Part shown: piece by piece, positions 20,835 through 30,672 of the stretch
Layout: each line of letters begins with the position of its first letter
Numbering within the stretch: position 1 is the first letter of the stretch
From: a virus
Length of the DNA stretch: 64,000 bases
Strand: one strand, 5' to 3'
IMG/VR virus record: IMGVR_UViG_3300037358_000003
Location: 37,773-101,772 of that record
The notes under the pieces: generated by a model
What the model was told of the DNA's origin: nothing
The model's database searches: none
Seen by the model: the letters and a program-made list of their open reading frames with translations, nothing else
Program-made: the position numbers and the translations under genes

Positions 20835-23800
20835 CTAAAGTGTAAGTACCGCTTCAGACGCTGATTCGCCAAAGCGCCAAGTTCCTAATATCGTCGGCTC
20901 CAGCAATATCTCATACGGCGATAATGAAAAAACGGTTGTCCATGTAGGACCACTCATGTCCACAGTGTGTTGAATCTGTTCCACTAGGGCATCTTGCGCG
21001 AACACGCTCCCTGGCGTTTGCCCCTGATACTGCACCGTGAGCCGATCATACAATCCCCGCTGTAACATCTGCGAAATGTTATTGCCACTGTTACCCTGAG
21101 AATTCAGAGTCAGTTGTGTGACGCGCTGGATCGGAACGCCATACCAGTTGAAGTAATTTTGCGCAATAGAGAGCGCATCAGAATTATATGCCATCTGCAA
21201 ACTCGTAAGTCCCTGAAGTGTCCTACCCCCATAGACCGAGGCCGACTGCGCCGCAGCCGCAGACTGCGCTGGTCCCCATTCTTGTAACACACCAATCTCA
21301 ACTTGCCCAGTTGTCGCAGTCGCCGGAATCCCGCTTTGTACCTCTATGTCGTTCCACGTGTCCAAGTCATCACTCGTAATCTGCAATGACGGCCCATCAA
21401 AACGATACGCCGCAGCACTCGTATCACCAAAGATGCCCTGACTCACGATGCTCGTCGGATTGAGGTACTGATACTGGCGACTGTACGCGTTGATCATCCC
21501 GTTTGGCGCCTGAAAGATCAGCCCCGGCTCACTCTCTGTTTGCGTTTGTAGATAGTTCAACGCTGACGTTGTAGTGACCGCATCTTGTTCGGCGTACAGG
21601 AGCGTCCTGAATTGATAGGGCACATTCAAAATGGTGGACGGATTAAGTTTGGCAACTTGCAGCACCTTGTTGAAACGGCCAGCCAACGGACCGCCAACAG
21701 ACGCACCGAACTCCTGAGTCTGGAACCATGTGAAAGTGTGATAGTCGCTTATGATCTGCGTCCCAGTCATCAGCGTGTCGTACAGTGCCACCTCGTCTAT
21801 GACGCCAGGAAATCCATTGGTCTCCTCTGCTTGCAGCAGCGACTCAACCGCACCACCCGTCAACACGCCATCGGCCGCTGGCTGACCAAACTTCCACGTT
21901 CCCAATATCGTCGGCACAAGAGATTCCGCTGACGTGGTAGCCGACTCAATGCCGATTTGAATACCGTACGGACTGGACCCAGTGAGCGTAACGAACGCGC
22001 CAAGGTTCAGCTCCACGCCATCGACCACCGGCACCACCGCATTGAGGCTATCGTCGTACACAACTACGAGATGGTGCCACCCTCCGTCCATGAGAACAGT
22101 GTTGGGGACGATGGCGCTGAAGTTGGAGAAACAGAGCCATTGGATTGCACCATCGGTCGTAATCGCTCCAATGGTGGTATTCCACACTGGTTGTGAGCTT
22201 CCCGACGATCCTGTCGTCACGTCCATATAGAACAAGAAGCCACTGGCACCAGAGGGGCAAATAAGGGTGCCTGTCGAGTACGACGTGCTGGCTTCCCATC
22301 CATTTCCACACCATCCAGGCGAAAGAATGAACGCATCGTTGAATGTGTTGACAGCCGAAACACTGGCACCAGATGGATTGGCTACAGAGACGAGTCCCTG
22401 ACCAACCTGAATGGCGATCTGTTCACCGCTGGCAGCGGTGGCATAAAAGACGGTGCCCACGCCACCATCGGTCACCGCGGCAGTTTGTGTCCATTTCAGC
22501 AGACACTCAAAGCTCCAGTTGGTGGCCGACTGTAGTGGGTTATGAATCGTGGGCGGTTGCGTCGTGTTGTCAATTGTGCAAAACCCACCGTTAGGGCCGT
22601 TCGTGCCATTCGTGCAGTCGAGTGCGGTGTTCGGATCGTACAACATCGCACCCGCGCTACCGTAAGCTGGCGTGCCCGAGATGCCCGATATCAGACTCCC
22701 GGTATACCCGTTACCAGACGAATCCAATGTCGTGTAAGTAGCGGGCTGATCGCCAAGACGATAGTACGCTACTGGACCATTCGATAGCACCGACTGCGCG
22801 TAGTTATTGTTCGCTAGATATTGCAGCGACAACATTTGGAAGATGTCCACGCAGGTGATCTCGGCGTCAACGTTCAACGCGTCCGTGATCTGTGGCACAA
22901 CTGCTTGAATGTACCCGTAGTATTGCGGCGACGTAACGCCATCCCACGCAGCCGTGACTTTTACTGGATTCATCGGCTTGAGTCCGAGTCCGTTATTGTA
23001 AAGATAACTAGACGTGTTCCATGTATTAAATGAGCCGTCACGGTTGTTGGCAATAATCTGAGCGCTGGCAGCTTGCACGCGGTCAAGTTCGTGCTGGCGA
23101 CCGAGCGGGCCGAGCGTCATGCTGCGCATGTAGCTAGACGCGTTCGTCCACACGCCAGTGCCCTCTAGTGGCGCAAGGAAGTTGTTGGTCGTGCTGATCT
23201 CAACGAGCGTTTCGGGGAACTGAAACTCTGGGTTGAGTCCAGCAACGCCCGCAACGAAACATGCCTCAACCGCCGCCCACGCTTGCGATGACCCCATTCC
23301 CCAATCCATCGCAGAGGCAACAGAACCGCTAAGAACAGAATACGCTGCGACGGTATTAGCCCCAGGCATTGGCAGCGCAGTAAAGCCGCCTGTTGGTAAA
23401 CCAATGGTCACTGAGTCCGTAGTGCCAACGGATATGACCAAATCACGGTCCGCTCGTGGCTGTACGGTTTGCGGAATAATCGACTCGGACGTTCCGAAGT
23501 TTTGACTCCACTGATCTAGCGGATCGACGTACCATAAGCCAGACCACTCGGTCACATTGATTGCAGCGTATGCAGCGGTGGCGCATGTGATCGTGACCGA
23601 CGCGCTGCCTCCGCTAATTCCGCGTGCGGCCCATAGTTCACAGCCGACAATCATGTTAGACGGATACGAATATCCGATCTGAATCCAACGTGATCCGATG
23701 GAGTCGGTAATGGACTCTACCGGTACGGTTGTTGCGATAGCGACTGTGAGGAGATCACCCGCAGCGGTGGAAGATGATAGAGGAACAGTTACGGATGTGG

Positions 23801-24641
23801 TATCTCCCAACGCCCCATCTGTGGTCTGCACCAGATTCGGATAGCCGGGTCGATAACTTGAACCAGTAGCAGTACCAGTGAAGGTGTATGACCCTACACC
23901 AGTCCCGTATGTGGTGAGAATACCGGCAGCGACTCCGGTGAAAGTGTACGAACCCGTTCCAGTTGCAACACCCGCAGAAATGGTGACCGTAGTTGCGATC
24001 CACTCCGCCGAAGTTCCAAGCGTAGACGATGCTGCCTGCGCTGTTGTGGTCGCACTGAGCGTTTTATAGCCAACACGCGTCGCAACTGTGTGCGATGCGA
24101 TTGTGTCGCTAACCTGAGTGAGCGACGTATAGCCTGTTGAAATTGTGCCAATGACACCATCGCCAATTTCAGAAATGACGCCAATAACGAAATCATTGGG
24201 CTGACTAAGTGTAGCGGTATTGCCAGAGTTTGCGGCGGTGGATGACCCCGTTGCGACAACAAACTTGTCGAGTGCGCCCGCCACCGCGCCGGTAATCTCC
24301 ATTCCCTGAATGGCAAAGTTCAAGTTGGTTGGACTGCTTGACAGCGTAATTTGGATGGTCGTTACTGACAACGCGGCAGGACAGAACCACACGTCTTGTC
24401 GGCCAGCGGTTGCACCAGCGAACGCACCCGTGGAGAGTTGCGTCCAGCCAGCGTTACTCGCGGAGTCTGTGATGCCAGTAACGGTAGGCGCTCCGGTGCC
24501 AATCCTGGTGATGCACAGGATCAGTCCGTTGCCAGACACCGTTGTGGTGAGACTACTGTTGGCGTTAGTTAGCGTTAGCGGCGACGAGTCGGGATTTGAC
24601 GTTGTGGCGTAGCTGAATGACTGCTTGAGTGACCAGGCCAC
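20835..24641 (-). CDS. large minor tail protein with LamG/ConA-like domain
   Basis: 1268 aa downstream of TMP; PVAYYRL, DGGWHHLVVVYD, FPGVIDEVALY; GRQHELD...NNRDG.F. Confidence 0.85.
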   Translation of the reverse strand: MAWSLKQSFSYATTSNPDSSPLTLTNANSSLTTTVSGNGLILCITRIGTGAPTVTGITDSASNAGWTQLSTGAFAGATAGRQDVWFCPAALSVTTIQITLSSSPTNLNFAIQGMEITGAVAGALDKFVVATGSSTAANSGNTATLSQPNDFVIGVISEIGDGVIGTISTGYTSLTQVSDTIASHTVATRVGYKTLSATTTAQAASSTLGTSAEWIATTVTISAGVATGTGSYTFTGVAAGILTTYGTGVGSYTFTGTATGSSYRPGYPNLVQTTDGALGDTTSVTVPLSSSTAAGDLLTVAIATTVPVESITDSIGSRWIQIGYSYPSNMIVGCELWAARGISGGSASVTITCATAAYAAINVTEWSGLWYVDPLDQWSQNFGTSESIIPQTVQPRADRDLVISVGTTDSVTIGLPTGGFTALPMPGANTVAAYSVLSGSVASAMDWGMGSSQAWAAVEACFVAGVAGLNPEFQFPETLVEISTTNNFLAPLEGTGVWTNASSYMRSMTLGPLGRQHELDRVQAASAQIIANNRDGSFNTWNTSSYLYNNGLGLKPMNPVKVTAAWDGVTSPQYYGYIQAVVPQITDALNVDAEITCVDIFQMLSLQYLANNNYAQSVLSNGPVAYYRLGDQPATYTTLDSSGNGYTGSLISGISGTPAYGSAGAMLYDPNTALDCTNGTNGPNGGFCTIDNTTQPPTIHNPLQSATNWSFECLLKWTQTAAVTDGGVGTVFYATAASGEQIAIQVGQGLVSVANPSGASVSAVNTFNDAFILSPGWCGNGWEASTSYSTGTLICPSGASGFLFYMDVTTGSSGSSQPVWNTTIGAITTDGAIQWLCFSNFSAIVPNTVLMDGGWHHLVVVYDDSLNAVVPVVDGVELNLGAFVTLTGSSPYGIQIGIESATTSAESLVPTILGTWKFGQPAADGVLTGGAVESLLQAEETNGFPGVIDEVALYDTLMTGTQIISDYHTFTWFQTQEFGASVGGPLAGRFNKVLQVAKLNPSTILNVPYQFRTLLYAEQDAVTTTSALNYLQTQTESEPGLIFQAPNGMINAYSRQYQYLNPTSIVSQGIFGDTSAAAYRFDGPSLQITSDDLDTWNDIEVQSGIPATATTGQVEIGVLQEWGPAQSAAAAQSASVYGGRTLQGLTSLQMAYNSDALSIAQNYFNWYGVPIQRVTQLTLNSQGNSGNNISQMLQRGLYDRLTVQYQGQTPGSVFAQDALVEQIQHTVDMSGPTWTTVFSLSPYEILLEPTILGTWRFGESASEAVLTL

Positions 24642-24648
24642 GAGTTAG

Positions 24649-25029
24649 TTACGTAACCGTTTGGTTAACGGCACCGCTGTTGAACACCACGGACGAGCCG
24701 AGAGAGATGGCGCCAGACAGTCCGGTCGTTGTACCGCCGCCAAGATAAGTGCCCCCGGTTAAGACTATCCACAGGCCGTAATATGGAGTGCCCCCAGATT
24801 CAGCGGGCATGTTTGAGAACGTCTGGGCATTGTTTGATGCCTGTGAGCCAGCGGACGGATTGGCAAAGGTGATCGCCTGGCGGCCATAGGCACTGCCGCC
24901 AGAGTTCGTTACCTCACTGGCGCCACCGCCGCCTGGGTTGGATGTGTGTAGGCTGAGATAGTACGTAGTTGAAGGCACGAATGCTGCGGTGAGCATCGTA
25001 TTCGCTTGTGTTGCGGGGAGGTCTGCCAT
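24649..25029 (-). CDS. minor tail/virion protein
   Basis: YLSLHTSNPG...EV...YGRQAITF pattern. Confidence 0.7.
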   Translation of the reverse strand: MADLPATQANTMLTAAFVPSTTYYLSLHTSNPGGGGASEVTNSGGSAYGRQAITFANPSAGSQASNNAQTFSNMPAESGGTPYYGLWIVLTGGTYLGGGTTTGLSGAISLGSSVVFNSGAVNQTVT

Positions 25030-25080
25030 TGCGATCCTTTGTTCTTGACAATTGGAGTGATCGGGCGTAAGATGGTGCCC

Positions 25081-25230
25081 ATGACCAAGTGGTTTGTGCT
25101 AGCGATAGTGGCGTACAACGTTTGTGCGCAGATGATTCTGGACTGGTGGCCCCTTGTGGCGCTACTGACCATTGGAATCTTCAATGGTGCATGGATGTTG
25201 CAGAACGTGCGGCGTTATCGCCTGTCTTAA
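25081..25230 (+). CDS. small hydrophobic protein with its own promoter (moron-like)
   Basis: TTGACA(25045)-N17-TAAGAT(25068)-N7-ATG; 49 aa, two hydrophobic segments. Confidence 0.6.
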   Translation: MTKWFVLAIVAYNVCAQMILDWWPLVALLTIGIFNGAWMLQNVRRYRLS

Positions 25231-25247
25231 TATTGCAGTTTACGACG

Positions 25248-25502
25248 TTAGCGAGGCACGGCATTCGTGTTGATGCCTGTTGACGTGGCCTGTTGCGTGC
25301 CCCCAGCGTACTGGCCGAACGCGTTTCCCGTCGCCCGAGCACTCTTCAACACTTTGGATGTCACAGCAGTAGTCAGTTGTGACAAGAGAGTTGGATTGTT
25401 GACCAACGCACTGACCATGCGCGGCAAGAGTGCCGCAACCAACTGATCCCCGCTAACCGTCATCTCTATGCCTGATACATCCATATCCCCATCGTTAGCC
25501 AT
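25248..25502 (-). CDS. hypothetical virion-region protein
   Basis: ORF with SD directly downstream of TMP. Confidence 0.65.
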   Translation of the reverse strand: MANDGDMDVSGIEMTVSGDQLVAALLPRMVSALVNNPTLLSQLTTAVTSKVLKSARATGNAFGQYAGGTQQATSTGINTNAVPR

Positions 25503-25509
25503 GTTCGTC

Positions 25510-28503
25510 CTATCCGATTACGAGTTTGATGCCGCCACTTGCCTTGATGCTGGTGTGCGGTAGCTGCGTGACCTTGATGCCCGTATTCAACTGACCCTTC
25601 AGCGCCGTCGTGTCTGTATTGATTTTTTGCATGGCCTCTTTCAAGTCTTCCAACTGACTCAACTTGGCCGTGTCTGTTTTGATTGACGCCTGAATGGACT
25701 TTTGGTCGGCGGCAGCGGTCTGAAGTGATTGCAGCTTCTGATTAGCGTTGTCAACGGACTGCTTATCCTGTTGAATGGCTGCTGTGGACGCGTGCACGTC
25801 CTCAGCCTTGGCGAGCACGGACTTGGCCTCATCCACGGCAGCCTTGGCAGCGTCAATGTGTGCTGTGCCATACACTGAGTCGGCGTGTGCAGCGGCTTGC
25901 AGAACGTCGATTTTGTCCTTCAGACTGCTGATATTGGTGTCAACGGAGGTCAGTTTGTCCAACCCGCCGAGCTTGGGAAACCACTTTTGTTCCGTGGTGA
26001 TCAGTGCGTTATCTGCGGCTTTTGCTTCTGCCGAATTCTTGCCGTACTCTGTGGCCTGTTGTGTCGCAGTTGCCTTCAATTGACTTAGAACTGCCATTTG
26101 CTTTTGTAGAGTGGAGTCCTTGGCGCGATCCGTATCGAGCTTACTCTGTGAGCCAGGTGCCGCTGTTGGAGAACTGGGGGCTAGTGCATGAAAAAGACCC
26201 CCAAAGGCATGATTGATGTCATTATTGATGTCACCAGTCCAGTTCTCTGCGTTGCGTAGAACTCCTGCGCTCCCCTTTGGGTGAGGTTGGGCTGCCTGGT
26301 TAAAAAACCCTTCAATTGGACCCCTTTGTGCAAACGCAGTTCCAGCAGCAGCCCCAATTCCGGCTCCAATGGGTGCAGCAAAGGGCAGGATAGCCACACC
26401 GATGGCAGCTCCCGTGGCCGCATCTCCAAGCGTGCTGGCAGCATCAGTACCGATCTTCTTACCGAGAGGCTTTTCAATAAAAGCGTTGTAAAGTTGGACT
26501 GCGATTAGTCCACCGATTCCCTTACCGATAGCACCCTTGATGAATGACCCTGCGACCGCTTCCCCGACAACTTCTTCTTCGCTTCCCGCTTCTGCGGCAC
26601 CGGCCTCACCCTCCGCCGCTCCTCCGCCAGCAACGGCGCCATCTGCATTTTGACTATCAACGGCTTGATCTTCGGTGACAGTTGCGGCAGCACCAGCAGC
26701 CTCTTTGAGTGCGGCGGCGGCTTCGTCCAGCGACGAACCTGCGGCTTGTAGGGCATCAGCCGCGGTATCTAGTTTTACGGCAGCAGCGTCAGTCTGGGTG
26801 GCGGCTTCGGTAGTTGTACTATTGTTGGCGACAGTCGATCCAGATGCCCCAGCAGCACCTACGGCCCCAGCGGCCCCAGCGGTTGAAGTGACAGTATCCA
26901 GATCGGTGGCTGTCGTTGTAGCTGTTTCGCTGGTTTCGTTGAGATCAGCATTCATGGCAGCTGTATTTGTGGCAACATCAGCAGCGGCTTCACCACTAGC
27001 CGTTCTGATTCCAAGAATTTTGCCAGCGAAGGTTTCTACAGAGTCGATTGCTTGACCGATATTCTTAACGAATCCGCTGATAGTGTTGACTGCAAAAGCA
27101 CCTAGTGCGGCAACGACGAGGGGAATAGCAACTGCGCCCAGCAGGTAGAGAACAATTCTGTTCTTGTCCAGCCACGCTGCGGACTCTCCCAAGAAATGGA
27201 TCAGGTCTTGTATCTTGGGAAGCAGGTAGTCGCCAATCTTGACGCCGTAGTCTTCTACGGTTGCTTCAACCACTTCAAACTCGTGCTTGAGCGTACTCAT
27301 TTGAGCGGCCAAAGCCTGTTGCTCGGAGCGATGGCGTTCGGCGGCGGCGGTAGCGGCGTCAAAGGCTTTAGGACCAGCAAGAATCGTGGTCAGCAGCGTC
27401 TTATTAGCTGACGATCCAAAGACTGTCGCCAAGGTGGCAAGTTGCTGAGCTTGGGTCATCCCTTGCAATTTTGGCTGCAACTGAGCGATGACGGATGCCA
27501 TGCCCACGAACTGACCCTTGGAATTGGTAACAGTGATGCCTAGTTCACTTGTTGCAACGCTCGCTTTGTGGATGGCATCGGCGGCGTCTGTGAATGTACC
27601 CCACGCTTGCGCCTGCGTGGTGGACATGCTTTCAGTAGCTGTCTCTAGTGACTCCGAACTGATCGTGCCAGCTTGGTACTCATTGGCGAGTGACCGCAAA
27701 CTGGGTGGCAGCTGGTCAATCGCTACCTTCAAATTGGCCTGCGCCTGAGCGGTCCCTGTGGCACTCTTCAGCAACGTTGTCATGGCTGTGTTGAGAGCAG
27801 ACAGAGCCTTGCGGCCAGTCTCGCCATGTTCGGTCATGTCAATAAGCAAGCCGCCGACCTGATTCAGTGGCGGCGTTAGGACGCCCAACGTCGAGTGGAG
27901 CTTGGTAACCGCAGTCGATACCTGCGACAACGATGTGCCAGTTTCACGGGCGACATTGAATAGGACGGTGCCGACAGCAGCAGCACCAGATGCCTTGACT
28001 TGGTAAGCCTGCATGACATTACCGAGCGCGGTTGTGGCAGTCGTGAGGCTTTGACCGGAGGCTTCAGCAAGGTCTGTTGCAGACTTCATTACCAGGATCG
28101 CCTGTCCCGTGGACAGTGCGTGACCTTGGACGGTTGCCAATTCAGCGGCGACACTAGAGTACGCCTGCGTCATGGCGGTTCCGCTGAAGATGGACTTGCC
28201 CGCGGTGTCTAGGAACGCACTAGATATCTGCTGCGCCTTGGCAACGGTGATGTCGGCGTTGGCTGAGAGGGTGGCCGTGGCTTCTTGATTCTTCATTGCC
28301 ATGTCGATAGAGAACGCTCCGACAGCGGCACCGACAGCGGCTAGGCCAAGAAAGACGCCCTTACCCATAGTGGCAAGTTTGTCGTTAGTCTCGTCGGCCT
28401 TGCCGGAAACCTCGTCCATCTCACCCTGTGCCTCAGCCATCTTGGCCTGAAAGTCAGAGATGGATGCGCGCAATTCAGCAATTACTGGGGGTAAGATGTC
28501 CAT
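25510..28503 (-). CDS. tape measure protein
   Basis: About 997 aa, Ala-rich helical; LPPVIAELRASISDFQ N-terminus; follows the chaperone genes. Confidence 0.92.
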   Translation of the reverse strand: MDILPPVIAELRASISDFQAKMAEAQGEMDEVSGKADETNDKLATMGKGVFLGLAAVGAAVGAFSIDMAMKNQEATATLSANADITVAKAQQISSAFLDTAGKSIFSGTAMTQAYSSVAAELATVQGHALSTGQAILVMKSATDLAEASGQSLTTATTALGNVMQAYQVKASGAAAVGTVLFNVARETGTSLSQVSTAVTKLHSTLGVLTPPLNQVGGLLIDMTEHGETGRKALSALNTAMTTLLKSATGTAQAQANLKVAIDQLPPSLRSLANEYQAGTISSESLETATESMSTTQAQAWGTFTDAADAIHKASVATSELGITVTNSKGQFVGMASVIAQLQPKLQGMTQAQQLATLATVFGSSANKTLLTTILAGPKAFDAATAAAERHRSEQQALAAQMSTLKHEFEVVEATVEDYGVKIGDYLLPKIQDLIHFLGESAAWLDKNRIVLYLLGAVAIPLVVAALGAFAVNTISGFVKNIGQAIDSVETFAGKILGIRTASGEAAADVATNTAAMNADLNETSETATTTATDLDTVTSTAGAAGAVGAAGASGSTVANNSTTTEAATQTDAAAVKLDTAADALQAAGSSLDEAAAALKEAAGAAATVTEDQAVDSQNADGAVAGGGAAEGEAGAAEAGSEEEVVGEAVAGSFIKGAIGKGIGGLIAVQLYNAFIEKPLGKKIGTDAASTLGDAATGAAIGVAILPFAAPIGAGIGAAAGTAFAQRGPIEGFFNQAAQPHPKGSAGVLRNAENWTGDINNDINHAFGGLFHALAPSSPTAAPGSQSKLDTDRAKDSTLQKQMAVLSQLKATATQQATEYGKNSAEAKAADNALITTEQKWFPKLGGLDKLTSVDTNISSLKDKIDVLQAAAHADSVYGTAHIDAAKAAVDEAKSVLAKAEDVHASTAAIQQDKQSVDNANQKLQSLQTAAADQKSIQASIKTDTAKLSQLEDLKEAMQKINTDTTALKGQLNTGIKVTQLPHTSIKASGGIKLVIG

Positions 28504-28925
28504 TAGACCGTTGCCGCCTTTGCCCAAACTGCACTAGCTAATGCTCTAAGTTCATCACCACTGTCCTGTATAGCGGGAGCCATGTACGGCTTGCCGGGGT
28601 CGTGGAGAACGTGTTGCGGATGCTGGCCCTGTGTCCAGCCGTGGAAACCGAGTTCACGGCGACGACCGTAAATAACGCTGGGTGCGGTGCGTGAGAGGTA
28701 TGAACCAAAACCAAGTGAGGTTACGTCAACGAGTCGGATGGAACGACGCAATGTGCCACGCTTGACGGGCGCGCGCTTCTTGGCGTTCTTCTCAATGATG
28801 AGAGCGCCCTTGGTGGCGATTTCGCGAGCACCTGCGTCGGCTTGTGCGACCATTTGCTCAAGTGCCTTCTTGAACTCTTCGACGCCTGTGAGGATCATCT
28901 CAATTCCGTCACCGGCCATGGTCAC
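28503..28925 (-). CDS. HK97 gp10-like tail completion protein
   Basis: AKKRAPVKRGTLRRSI, Y..RELG, PYMAPA. Confidence 0.85.
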   Translation of the reverse strand: MTMAGDGIEMILTGVEEFKKALEQMVAQADAGAREIATKGALIIEKNAKKRAPVKRGTLRRSIRLVDVTSLGFGSYLSRTAPSVIYGRRRELGFHGWTQGQHPQHVLHDPGKPYMAPAIQDSGDELRALASAVWAKAATV

Positions 28926-29440
28926 CTACTTGTCAGAGTTGCTGATTTCTTCAAACTTGTTGAACCAATCCACCATGACAGCGGGTTCGTTTAGGTAGTC
29001 CTCGTGGGACATGCCGTTCATCGACTTGCGGTAGCGGAACTCATTCCAGATTTCAACGATGTTGGGATCTAGGTCCTGTGGACGCAGTAACGTCTTGCCT
29101 TTGGCTACGGCTTTGAGGGCGCGCGCTTGGCGGTACGGACTTTTGGGTCATCCACACCACCGTCAGGGGAAAAGTCGGGACTGAGTTCGCGGACAAACTG
29201 GACGGTCTCCTTCATTAGCGCATTGACGACGGGAACTGGGAGATTGTCGATGGATTCCGTGGTGATGGCATCGGGGAAGGACCAAGAGAGAATCATGAGT
29301 TGGAGTGCGGCTGCGTCGGAGTCCACCTCGTCGTCGGATTGGAACGTCTTGAAGAGGTCGCGGCGTTCGCGGCGGGTTACGTCCCATGAGGTCTTGATTT
29401 CGGCAGAGTTGTCGCCGGGAAGGTCGATTCGTTTTGGCAT
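28926..29440 (-). CDS. tail assembly chaperone G/GT with -1 programmed frameshift
   Basis: G ORF 29105-29440; slippery C CCA AAA at 29147-29141; the -1 frame stays open to TAG at 28926 (SPYRQARALK...VDWFNKFEEISNSDK). Confidence 0.85.
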
Positions 29441-29488
29441 TGTGCTATCCTTTATTTGTTAGCGGGGGTTCTTGCGGGACTGAAATGC

Positions 29489-30382
29489 TTACGATGTGTA
29501 GCCGCACTGTTTTCTGGTTTGATGACTGCGAAGATATCGCATTCCCTTAAACGGACCATCTCCGCACTCGCACATGATTAGCGTTTTGTCATCGTTGGCA
29601 GATGGATCTGTTCCTTTTCTAATGTTGCTTTGATGTTGACGTTGTTCTGGGGTTACTATACGTAGAGTATTGGCCAGTCCAATCTTGGCTCGATGTTCAA
29701 GCGAAAGCGGGCGACCTTTACGTTTATCTGACAAGAGTTGACGCGTTTCAGGAGACGCCTTCTTGCCTGTTTGCGCCAGAGACTGACGACGCTTCCATTC
29801 ATCAGACCTCGGCGGAACTTTGCGTCCCTTGCGATCCTCGCTCATTTTACGACGCGCCTCTTCTGTGTGATGCCGACCAACGGAGCCATCCCCGCCCCAC
29901 GTCTGATTAAAAAGTTGTCCAGTGTAACGTGGGGATTTGGTGGGACCGCCAAGCATTGTTACCCACCTGCGCTCAGCATTACCCAGGTCGCCTCGAATCG
30001 TAATTCCAAGATCCGATAAAATTTCAATGAGGATTTCCCCGCCTGCGGCATGAACCGCATTCATCCATTGAACCTTATCCATGTTGTAAGTAGTTGCTAG
30101 TGTCTCGGACCTGTGTCCATTGAGTCGATATCGTGCGAGTTGTTCTGCTGTCTTATCAAAGCTATTTTCATCGCCGGTGCTGCTAATCCCAACGTAACGA
30201 ATATTGTCAAGAAGAAATTCTTCTAATGAACTACGTAGTCCATAGACGCATCCCCTCACTATCGTTGTATAATCATCTCGTCGTTTCAAAATGTATGTCC
30301 TAGCGATTTCGGGCCTTGTGTGCCTCTGCCTCAATGTGATGAACTGCCAGCAACCAATCGACGGCGGCTGAATCAGATTCAT
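29489..30382 (-). CDS. GIY-YIG-like homing endonuclease with NUMOD3 repeats (true start probably near 30260)
   Basis: CVYGL...IRYVG, N.TWGGDG, HTEEARRKMS, SPETRQLLS, EHRAKIG. Confidence 0.8.
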   Translation of the reverse strand: MNLIQPPSIGCWQFITLRQRHTRPEIARTYILKRRDDYTTIVRGCVYGLRSSLEEFLLDNIRYVGISSTGDENSFDKTAEQLARYRLNGHRSETLATTYNMDKVQWMNAVHAAGGEILIEILSDLGITIRGDLGNAERRWVTMLGGPTKSPRYTGQLFNQTWGGDGSVGRHHTEEARRKMSEDRKGRKVPPRSDEWKRRQSLAQTGKKASPETRQLLSDKRKGRPLSLEHRAKIGLANTLRIVTPEQRQHQSNIRKGTDPSANDDKTLIMCECGDGPFKGMRYLRSHQTRKQCGYTS

Positions 30383-30620
30383 CTATCTCAACGAATTGTT
30401 CATGTGTGGTGCCGGTGAATACTTTGCGATATGTGTACTCTCTGAGGTAGTCGAGCGCCGGTCCACAATCAGTGATCGGTGCATCGCCAATTAATTTGCC
30501 TTTGAGATACGCAGAAAGCCGCAAAAGCTGCGCGTGCGGAGAGTTGCCAGCCGGATCGTCCGGTCGGAAATCTACGCTGGCGTCGCTTCTGCGGCTGAAT
30601 AGTGCGGTGTGTCGTGACAT
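30300..30620 (-). CDS. stand-alone paralog of the tail chaperone T (post-frameshift) domain
   Basis: Own SD AAGGAGG; aligns by eye with the frameshift product (DF.PD..SP..Q, KGK, E.xYRK, G..HE, VDW). Confidence 0.7.
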   Translation of the reverse strand: MSRHTALFSRRSDASVDFRPDDPAGNSPHAQLLRLSAYLKGKLIGDAPITDCGPALDYLREYTYRKVFTGTTHEQFVEIDESDSAAVDWLLAVHHIEAEAHKARNR

Positions 30621-30672
30621 GGCGGTGCCCTCCTTTGTTTCAGGGGCGGTGATGTTGTTGAGGTGTTACTGA

